Shown piece after piece: positions 1 to 7,101 of a DNA stretch of 64,000 bases. The position numbers were made by a program, and so were the translations under genes. Location: assembly GCA_001917665.1 (NCBI GenBank), contig MNEL01000020.1, forward strand, positions 119 to 64,118, written 5' to 3'. Position 1 is the first letter of the stretch; the number at the start of each line of letters is the position of its first letter. Origin of the DNA: Gemmatimonadetes bacterium 13_1_40CM_69_22 (GTDB lineage Bacteria > Gemmatimonadota > Gemmatimonadetes > Gemmatimonadales > GWC2-71-9). Under the pieces are notes generated by a model. It was not told where the DNA came from, ran no database searches, and worked only from the letters and a program-made list of their open reading frames with translations.

Positions 1-1
1 C

Positions 2-427
2 CCATCGTACGAGGACGTGTGCACCGGAACGACCGGCCACGCCGAGGTCGTACAGATCACGTTCGACCCGGCGGTGGTATCGTTCCGCGACTTGTTGCAC
101 GTCTTCTTCACCATCCACGATCCCACGACTCTAAACCGCCAGGGACCGGACGTCGGCACCCAGTACCGCTCGGCCGTCTTCTACCACACGCCGGAGCAGA
201 AGGCGGTCGTGGAACAGGTGATCCGTGAGCTCGAGGCCGAGCAGGTGTGGGATGACCCGATCGTCACCGCCGTCGTCCCATTCGAGGTGCTCTACCCGGC
301 GGAGGAGTACCACCGCGACTACTACCGCCGCAATCCGAATCAGGGCTATTGCCGCGCCGTTATCGCCCCCAAGGTGGCCAAGGTCCGCAAGCTCTACCTC
401 GACAAGCTGAAGCAGCCGGTGGGCTGA
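2..427 (+). CDS. msrA: Peptide-methionine (S)-S-oxide reductase, 5'-truncated by window edge
   Basis: [37 protein letters not shown] and AEEYH motifs; frame open to the window start. Confidence 0.95.
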   Translation, partial: PSYEDVCTGTTGHAEVVQITFDPAVVSFRDLLHVFFTIHDPTTLNRQGPDVGTQYRSAVFYHTPEQKAVVEQVIRELEAEQVWDDPIVTAVVPFEVLYPAEEYHRDYYRRNPNQGYCRAVIAPKVAKVRKLYLDKLKQPVG

Positions 428-436
428 GCGCCCGGC

Positions 437-1174
437 GTGACGCGTCTTCTCAAAGCCGCGATCAACGGCGGCCGCATGCGCGCCGAGCACCAGGGGATCC
501 CCGTCACGCCAGAGGAGCAAGCGGTCGCGGCGACCGAGTCGGTCGCCGCCGGAGCCGGGGCGATCCATCTGCATGTCCGCGCTGCGGATGGAAGCGAAAG
601 CCTGGCCGCGACCGACGTGGCCGGGGCGCTGACGGCCATCCGCGCCGCGGTGCCCGGGATCCCGATCGGGGTCAGCACCGGCGCGTGGATCATTCGAGAC
701 TCCGACGCCCGGCTGCGGGCCGTCACGGGATGGACACTGCTGCCCGACTTTGCGTCGGTGAATTTCCACGAAGCGGGCTCGAAGCCACTCGCCGAGCTGC
801 TGCGCACCCGTGGCGTGGGCGTGGAGGCGGGGCTGTCGAACGCGCGCGGCGCCGAGTTGTTCGTGGACAGCGGTCTCGCCGGGCGTTGCCTGCGGGTCAT
901 GTTCGAGCCTCAGGAGGGCGACGCCGACGCGGCGTTGCGAGCCCTGGCCCAGCTGGAGGCGAGACTCGACGGCGCCGGAATCAAGCTGCCACGCCTGCTC
1001 CATGGCACCGGCCCGACCGTGTGGCCGCTCGTCGACGAGGCGATCGCGCGCGGGTACGACACCCGCGTGGGGTTTGAGGACACGCTCACCCTGCCGGACG
1101 GCACGACGGCCCCCACTAACGCCGCGCTCGTCGCCGCAGCGCGCCGGCGGATCGAGGCGCATGGCGCCCGCTGA
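437..1174 (+). CDS. BKACE / 3-keto-5-aminohexanoate cleavage family protein (DUF849)
   Basis: KAAINGGR, PVTPEE, AGAGAIHLHVR (HxH), STG and RVGFED motifs. Confidence 0.85.
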   Translation: MTRLLKAAINGGRMRAEHQGIPVTPEEQAVAATESVAAGAGAIHLHVRAADGSESLAATDVAGALTAIRAAVPGIPIGVSTGAWIIRDSDARLRAVTGWTLLPDFASVNFHEAGSKPLAELLRTRGVGVEAGLSNARGAELFVDSGLAGRCLRVMFEPQEGDADAALRALAQLEARLDGAGIKLPRLLHGTGPTVWPLVDEAIARGYDTRVGFEDTLTLPDGTTAPTNAALVAAARRRIEAHGAR

Positions 1175-2507
1175 GCTCGTCATCGCCAGTCGGCGCGTGG
1201 CGACCCCGGACGGGATAGGTCCGGCGGCCGTGGTGATCGCCCAGGGCGTGATCACCGCGGTCCGAGCTTACGGCGAGCCCCGGGACGCTACCCGGCTGCT
1301 CGACCTGGGAGATGCCGTGGTGCTGCCCGGCGTGGTGGATACGCACGTACACGTGAACGAGCCAGGGCGCACCCAGTGGGAAGGCTTTGTGACCGCGACG
1401 CGGGCCGCGGCCGCAGGGGGGGTCACGACCATCGTGGACATGCCGCTGAACAGCGTTCCGGTGACGACCACGGTTCAGGCCCTGGAGCAGAAGGCCCGGT
1501 CGGCGGCCGGCCACGCCGTGGTGGACTACGCGTTCTGGGGCGGCGTCGTGCCCGGCAACGCCGACCGGCTCGCGCCGCTCGCCCGCGCGGGTGCGCTCGG
1601 CTTCAAGTGTTTCATGGTCGCGTCGGGGATCGACGAGTTCCCACCGGTAGCGGAAGCCGACCTGCGCCCGGCCATGACGCGACTCGCCGAGCTCGGGCTG
1701 CCACTGCTCGTTCACGCCGAGCTCCCCGGGCCTATCGCGCAAGCCGCGGCCGCTGCTCCCGCCGACCCGCGCCGCTACGCCGCGTATCTCGCCTCCCGGC
1801 CGCGTGCCGCGGAGCTCGACGCGATCGACGCGATCCTCGGGCTGTCCCGCGAGACCGGATGCCGGGTTCACATCGTGCACCTCTCGGCAGCCGATGCGCT
1901 GAGCCGGCTGCGAGACGCGCGGCGCGCCGGCCTCCCGCTGACGGTCGAGACCTGCCCGCACTACCTCACCTTCGCCGCGGACGACATCGCGGACGGCGCC
2001 ACCGCCTGGAAGTGCGCCCCACCGATTCGTGAGCGGGAGAACCGCGAGCGCCTCTGGACCGGCCTGGCCGAGGGGACCATCGACTTCGTGGCGAGCGACC
2101 ACTCGCCGGCACCTCCGGAGCTGAGGTGTCTCGAGGCCGGCGACTTCTTCCGCGCCTGGGGCGGTGTGGCCTCGCTCGAGCTGGCGCTCGCCGTCACGTG
2201 GACCGGTGCGCGCGCTCGCGGCCACGACCCGCGAGACCTCGCTCGCTGGCTCGCCGAGCGGCCGGCCAGGCTCGCCGGCTTGCGCGGCAAGGGCCGCATC
2301 GCCCCGGGGGCCGATGCCGACCTGGTGGTGTTCGATCCGGACGCGCGATTCACCGTCGATCCCTCGCGGCTGCGTCAGCGACATCCCATCACCCCTTACG
2401 CCGGGATGACGCTGTACGGCGTCGTGCGGCAGACGTTCGTTCGAGGTTGCTGCGTATACGACGAGGGGACGTTTCCGGCGGGGGCCGTGGGCCAATGGGT
2501 GCGCTAA
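1161..2507 (+). CDS. allB: Allantoinase
   Basis: DTHVHVNEPGRTQWEGF, GFKCF, HAE, HIVH, ETCPHYL, KCAPPIR, SDHSP, WGG; ATG at 1161 overlaps the BKACE 3' end. Confidence 0.93.
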   Translation: MAPAELVIASRRVATPDGIGPAAVVIAQGVITAVRAYGEPRDATRLLDLGDAVVLPGVVDTHVHVNEPGRTQWEGFVTATRAAAAGGVTTIVDMPLNSVPVTTTVQALEQKARSAAGHAVVDYAFWGGVVPGNADRLAPLARAGALGFKCFMVASGIDEFPPVAEADLRPAMTRLAELGLPLLVHAELPGPIAQAAAAAPADPRRYAAYLASRPRAAELDAIDAILGLSRETGCRVHIVHLSAADALSRLRDARRAGLPLTVETCPHYLTFAADDIADGATAWKCAPPIRERENRERLWTGLAEGTIDFVASDHSPAPPELRCLEAGDFFRAWGGVASLELALAVTWTGARARGHDPRDLARWLAERPARLAGLRGKGRIAPGADADLVVFDPDARFTVDPSRLRQRHPITPYAGMTLYGVVRQTFVRGCCVYDEGTFPAGAVGQWVR

Positions 2508-2511
2508 CTCC

Positions 2512-3555
2512 GTGGCCGAGCCCACCCCTTGGGGTGGGAACATGATGCGCGACGGTTGCATCGATTTGGCGGCCGCGCGCGTCGGCGGGCGGGCGCTCCT
2601 CGCGAGCGACGAGTTTTTCGCGCCCAAGGAGAACCTGCTCGAGCCCGGGCGCGGAGTGTTCCTCGAGGGCAAATACACCGATCGGGGCAAGTGGATGGAC
2701 GGGTGGGAGACGCGGCGGCGCCGCGGGCCGGGCCCAGACCACGACTGGTGCATCATCCGCTTGGGCATCCCGGGAGTGATCCGGGCGGTCACGGTGGACA
2801 CCAATCATTTCAGGGGCAACCATCCCGTGGCATGCTCGCTGCACGCAGCGGAGCTGCGGGGGGCCCCCACCGCGCAACGGCTGCGCGCCCTGGGCCACGC
2901 CTTCGTGGAGCTCGTGCCGCGCTCACCACTCACGGGACACGCCGAAAACGACTTCTTGACGGGGAGCGACGCCCGGTGCACGCACGTCCGCCTCAACATC
3001 TACCCGGACGGCGGCATAGCCCGCTTGCGCGTCTGGGGTGAGGCGCGCCCAGACTGGCGACGGATCACGAGTACCGAGCGGGGCGCGATCGACCTAGTCG
3101 CGGTGGAGCACGGTGGGCTCCCCCTCGCCACCAGCGACCAGTTCTTCAGCGAGCCGCTGAACCTGATCATGCCGGGTCGGCCGCGCGATATGGCCGACGG
3201 CTGGGAGACGCGGCGGCGCCGCGACCGTGGCCACGACTGGGTCGTGCTGCGGCTCGGCCGGCGGGGCGTGATCGAGCGGATCGAACTGAACACGACTCAC
3301 TTCAAGGGCAACTTCCCCGAGAGCGCGGGGCTCAAGGGGTGCGACGCGCCCGCGCTCCGCGGCGTCGCCACGCCTCTCGACACCGCCGACTGGCGCGAGC
3401 TGCTGCCCCGCGCCAAACTGCGGGCCGACACGCGGCACCGCTTCGTGCTCCGCCGCCCGACACGGGTACCGGTGACGCACGTCCGGCTGAACATCTTCCC
3501 GGACGGCGGGGTGGCGCGGCTGCGACTCTGGGGGCGGCCGGTGGACCCCGTGTGA
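2512..3555 (+). CDS. alc: Allantoicase (true start may be ATG 2542 or 2545)
   Basis: Duplicated DGWETRRRR...HDW..LRLG and RLNI(Y/F)PDGG.ARLR repeats. Confidence 0.93.
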   Translation: MAEPTPWGGNMMRDGCIDLAAARVGGRALLASDEFFAPKENLLEPGRGVFLEGKYTDRGKWMDGWETRRRRGPGPDHDWCIIRLGIPGVIRAVTVDTNHFRGNHPVACSLHAAELRGAPTAQRLRALGHAFVELVPRSPLTGHAENDFLTGSDARCTHVRLNIYPDGGIARLRVWGEARPDWRRITSTERGAIDLVAVEHGGLPLATSDQFFSEPLNLIMPGRPRDMADGWETRRRRDRGHDWVVLRLGRRGVIERIELNTTHFKGNFPESAGLKGCDAPALRGVATPLDTADWRELLPRAKLRADTRHRFVLRRPTRVPVTHVRLNIFPDGGVARLRLWGRPVDPV

Positions 3556-3567
3556 GCGCCCGTCGTG

Positions 3568-3649
3568 GTTCACAGGCTGAAGCCTGTGCTCGGCACGTCA
3601 CTACCCTTACGGGTAGCGTCTCACCGAGCACACCCTTCAGGGTGTGAAC
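3568..3649. repeat. 82-bp imperfect palindrome (inverted REP-doublet-like element)
   Basis: CACAGGC-TGAA-GCCTGTG and CACACCC-TTCA-GGGTGTG hairpins flank a central CTACCC-TTAC-GGGTAG hairpin; GCTCGG/CCGAGC and GTTCAC/GTGAAC pair across the element. Confidence 0.75.
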
Positions 3650-4132
3650 AGGATCGCCGTGTATTTCAATGGGCTCCCCGAGCGCGACGCCCGCGCGGCG
3701 TTGCAGCGCTGTTGCGGCGCGCGGCGCTGGGTGGACGAGATGCTCGCCGCCCGCCCGTTCGCGAGCGACGCCGTGTTGCTCGCACACGCCGCGCGCGTCT
3801 GGTGGGCGCTCGGGCGGGAGGATTGGCTCGAAGCGTTCGCGCGCCACCCACGGATCGGCGAGCGGACCGCGGAACAGTGGTCGCGCCGCGAGCAGGCCGG
3901 CGTGGACACGGCCCCGGCCGCCACGCGCGCCGCCCTCGCCCGTGAGAACCTCGCCTACACCGAGCGGTTCGGGTATCTGTTCCTGACTTGTGCCACGGGG
4001 AAGACCGCCGGCGAGATGCTCGGCGAGCTGCGCCGCCGCCTCGCACACGACCCGGCCACGGAGCTCCGGATCGCGGCGGGCGAGCAGGCGAAGATCACCC
4101 GGCTCCGACTCGAGAAACTGGTGTCGCCATGA
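3644..4132 (+). CDS. uraD: OHCU decarboxylase
   Basis: RPF, WLEAFARHPRIGE, SRREQAGV, NLAYTERFGYLFL.CATGK, EQAKITRLRL. Confidence 0.93.
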   Translation: MNRIAVYFNGLPERDARAALQRCCGARRWVDEMLAARPFASDAVLLAHAARVWWALGREDWLEAFARHPRIGERTAEQWSRREQAGVDTAPAATRAALARENLAYTERFGYLFLTCATGKTAGEMLGELRRRLAHDPATELRIAAGEQAKITRLRLEKLVSP

Positions 4133-4467
4133 GCGGAATCACGACGCACGTCCTGGACACCGCGCGCGGACGGCCCGCCGCCGGCATCGCCGTCTCACTG
4201 GCGTGGCAGACCGGCGACGGTTGGACCGAGCTCGCCTCCGGCCGGACCGACGCCGATGGCCGCGTCGCCGATCTGCTACCGGCGCGAGTGCAGGACGCGG
4301 CCGGCACCTACCGCCTTCGCTTCGACGTCGGAGCCTATTTCGCGGCGCAAGGCGCCGCGCCTCTCTTCCCGTACGTCGATGTCGTGTTCGACATCCGCGA
4401 CGCGGGGCGCTATCACGTGCCGCTCCTGGTCAGCCCGTTCGGCTATACCACCTACCGCGGCAGCTGA
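4129..4467 (+). CDS. uraH: 5-hydroxyisourate hydrolase (transthyretin-like)
   Basis: ITTHVLDTARGRPAAG and C-terminal YHVPLL.SPFGYTTYRGS; ATGA overlap with uraD. Confidence 0.95.
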   Translation: MSGITTHVLDTARGRPAAGIAVSLAWQTGDGWTELASGRTDADGRVADLLPARVQDAAGTYRLRFDVGAYFAAQGAAPLFPYVDVVFDIRDAGRYHVPLLVSPFGYTTYRGS

Positions 4468-4475
4468 GCCCCGGC

Positions 4476-5699
4476 GTGGACACGCACCTCGGTCAGTGGC
4501 TCAACCTGGCGCTCCGCTGGGGCCACGTGATCACGGGAGTCGCGTGGATCGGAACGTCGTTCTACTTCAACTGGCTGAACAGCCGGCTGGCGCCGCCCCC
4601 GCCCGAGCGCGCCGAGCCGGGGGTCGCGGGCGAGCTCTGGTCGGTCCACGGCGGCGGGTTCTACCGAGTAGTCAAGTACGCGGTCGCCCCCACCCGCCTC
4701 CCCCCTACGCTCCACTGGTTCAAATGGGAGGCGTACGCCACCTGGCTCACCGGCTTCGCGCTGCTCGCCTGGGTCTACTACGTGGGGGCGGCGGCCTACC
4801 TCGTGGACCCGCAAGTCTCCCGGCTCGGCCCGCGTGCCGCGATCGCCGTCGGCCTCGGGACGCTGCTCGGCGCTTGGGTGGTGTACGACGCGCTGTGCCG
4901 GTCGCGGCTCGCGAACTCGCCTCTCGCCCTCGCTGCGACGCTGTTCGTCCTCGGGACCGGGCTCGCGTGGGGACTCACGCAGCTGCTCGCTCCCCGCGCG
5001 GCCTACCTCCACGTCGGCGCGGCGCTCGGCACGATCATGGCTGCGAACGTCCTCATGGTGATCATCCCATCCCAGCGGGACATGGTCACCGCCTTGACGG
5101 AGGGGCGGGCGCCCGACGCAGCTCGGGGCGCACAGGCTGCGCTCCGCTCGCTCCACAACAACTATTTCACGCTGCCCGTCTTGTTCATCATGGTCAGCTC
5201 GCACTACCCCGAGACGTACGGCCACACGCTGAGCTGGTTGATCCTCGCCGGGCTTGCGCTGGTGGGCGTGGCGACGCGGCATTGGTTCAACCTGCGCAAC
5301 GAGGGGCGCCCGAACGGGTGGCTCCTGCCAGGAGCGGCGCTGGCCATGGTGGCGCTCGCGGTCGTCACGGCTCCACGGCGTGCCGACCGAACGGGGGCGT
5401 ACGAGAGGGCGGGGGCGAACCCGACGGCGGGGAACACGGCGTCATTCGCTGAGGTGCGCGTGATCATGGCGCGCCGTTGCGCACCGTGCCACTCCGCAGC
5501 GCCCACCGTGCCGGGCCTCACCACTCCGCCGCGCGGCGTCGCGTTCGACACGCCGGAGCAGATCCGCACCCGTGCCGACCGGATCCTCGTCATGGCCGCG
5601 ACGACCCACACCATGCCGCTTGGCAACGTCACTGGGATGACGGACGAGGAGCGCGCGCTCGTGGCCCGGTGGATACGGGCCGGGGCCCTGCTTCGTTAG
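4476..5699 (+). CDS. puuD: Membrane urate hydroxylase with C-terminal cytochrome c
   Basis: RWGHVITGVAWIGTSFYF, WSVHGGGFY, LHWFKWEAY, RSLHNNYFTLPV and CAPCH heme motif; GTG start at 4476. Confidence 0.9.
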   Translation: MDTHLGQWLNLALRWGHVITGVAWIGTSFYFNWLNSRLAPPPPERAEPGVAGELWSVHGGGFYRVVKYAVAPTRLPPTLHWFKWEAYATWLTGFALLAWVYYVGAAAYLVDPQVSRLGPRAAIAVGLGTLLGAWVVYDALCRSRLANSPLALAATLFVLGTGLAWGLTQLLAPRAAYLHVGAALGTIMAANVLMVIIPSQRDMVTALTEGRAPDAARGAQAALRSLHNNYFTLPVLFIMVSSHYPETYGHTLSWLILAGLALVGVATRHWFNLRNEGRPNGWLLPGAALAMVALAVVTAPRRADRTGAYERAGANPTAGNTASFAEVRVIMARRCAPCHSAAPTVPGLTTPPRGVAFDTPEQIRTRADRILVMAATTHTMPLGNVTGMTDEERALVARWIRAGALLR

Positions 5700-5700
5700 A

Positions 5701-6528
5701 TCACGGCCACCCGCACGTCTCCCGCAGATCGTCATACAGCACGCGCGCCATCACGCGGCGCCGGTACTCCGCCGTGGAGCGGACGTCATCGATGGGCGAC
5801 ACGTCCTGCGTGATAGCGGGAACCAAATCCCCCGGATGTGCGACCTGCACGCGCTGCTCGAGCAGTCGCTCGAGCATCGGACAGCGGCGGATCGTGGGCG
5901 CCATGCTCGCCGCCACGACGCGCCATCCGGCATCCGAGCGCGTGACCGCGAGCCCCACTTTCGCGATCGCCTGCGCCCGGCGCGAGCCGACCTTCTCGAA
6001 CACCTGGTATGAGTACGGGCGGCGCGGGATGCGGATCGCCACCACGAGCTGGTCGGCGCGGCGCCGCATCTCCTTGTAGCCGGTGTAAAAGTGGTCGAGC
6101 GGCACCTCCTCCCGACCGCGCCCCGACTCGAGGACGACTACGGCGTCATAAGCCATGAGCACGGGCACGCCGTCCGCCGCCGGAGAGGCGTTCACGATGT
6201 TCCCCGCCCACGTGCCGCGCGCCTGGATCTGGATCGCGCCGACTTGTCGCGCCGCTCGCACGAGCAACGGGAATTCCCGTCCGATCCGCTCGTCCTGGAT
6301 TACGTCCCAGTAGGTGGTGAGACCGCCCAGCACGAGCTCCCGGTCGCTCCAGCGCAGTGGCTTCAGATCTTCGAGCCGCGACAGATCGACGTAGGTCCGG
6401 TCGTGCGCGTCGATACGAACGGGCCAGTGGACCAGCAAGTCCGTGCCGCCGGCGACCGGGATGGCCGCGCCGTCGCCCGCGAGCAGGCCCAAAGCCTCGG
6501 GGACACGGTCGGCCAGCAGTACTCTCAC
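5701..6528 (-). CDS. Xanthine dehydrogenase family FAD-binding subunit
   Basis: AGGTDL, GAIQIQARGTWAGNIVNASPAAD, SPIDDVRSTAEYRR; GTG 6528 overlaps the upstream stop. Confidence 0.9.
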   Translation of the reverse strand: MRVLLADRVPEALGLLAGDGAAIPVAGGTDLLVHWPVRIDAHDRTYVDLSRLEDLKPLRWSDRELVLGGLTTYWDVIQDERIGREFPLLVRAARQVGAIQIQARGTWAGNIVNASPAADGVPVLMAYDAVVVLESGRGREEVPLDHFYTGYKEMRRRADQLVVAIRIPRRPYSYQVFEKVGSRRAQAIAKVGLAVTRSDAGWRVVAASMAPTIRRCPMLERLLEQRVQVAHPGDLVPAITQDVSPIDDVRSTAEYRRRVMARVLYDDLRETCGWP

Positions 6529-7004
6529 GCTTCCCCCTTCCCCCTTCCCCCTTCCCCGACTTCCCCGATCGTCGTCGCCACGGCGTCCACGATGCCGTCG
6601 TAGCCGGTGCAGCGGCACAGGTTCCCGGCCATCAGCTCGCGAACCGTATGCGTCTCGAGCAGCTCGGGGTGGGCGCTGATCCACAGCGCCGTCATCACCA
6701 CGCCGGGTGTGCAGGCGCCACACTGCGTCGCGCCCTGTTCGAGGAACGGCCCGAGCTGGACGGGATCGAGCGCCTCAATTGTCTCCACCCGCGCCCCACG
6801 CACCTGGTAGGTCGGCACGAGGCAGGAGTTCACGGGCAGGCCGTCCAGGTATACGGTGCACGCCCCGCACTCGCCCTCCCCGCAGCCCTCCTTGGTTCCC
6901 GTGAGTCCCAGGCGGTAGCGCAGCGTGTCGAGCAGCCGCTCGGCGGGATCGGCCTCCATCGACACCGCCTTCCCGTTGAGGGTGAAACCAATGCTGAGGG
7001 TCAT
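6525..7004 (-). CDS. Xanthine dehydrogenase family 2Fe-2S subunit
   Basis: GTKEGCGEGECGACT..NSC and QCGACTPG...CRCTGY. Confidence 0.92.
   Translation of the reverse strand: MTLSIGFTLNGKAVSMEADPAERLLDTLRYRLGLTGTKEGCGEGECGACTVYLDGLPVNSCLVPTYQVRGARVETIEALDPVQLGPFLEQGATQCGACTPGVVMTALWISAHPELLETHTVRELMAGNLCRCTGYDGIVDAVATTIGEVGEGGRGKGEA
6531..6567. repeat. TTCCCC(C/G) heptamer tandem repeat in the 3' end of the 2Fe-2S gene
   Basis: ttccccc x3, ttccccg, ac, ttccccg; encodes a GEVGEGGRGKGE tail. Confidence 0.8.
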
Positions 7005-7019
7005 CCGCCACCCCCCAAG

Positions 7020-7074
7020 TGCGGAATGCAACTCCCACTGCCATTCCGCATTCCGCACTCCGCATTCCGCATTC
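7020..7074. repeat. ATTCCGC heptamer array with an inverted copy (intergenic)
   Basis: attccgc attccgc actccgc attccgc at 7043-7070; TGCGGAATG at 7020-7028 can pair with CATTCCGCA. Confidence 0.85.
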
Positions 7075-7101
7075 TTTGCTCCTCAGGCCGGCCGGCGCAC
7101 A

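Noticed and set aside
810-1160. N-terminal extensions in the ORF track (allB from 810, puuD from 3990, lon from 49419, hydrolase from 42229, MazG from 62020, flavin reductase from 58285)
   Set aside because: They overlap neighbouring real genes or promoters; family homology begins at the downstream starts
3568-3649. tRNA or known purine/xanthine riboswitch
   Set aside because: No T-loop, D-loop or CCA, and no recognisable aptamer consensus; kept as a palindromic element
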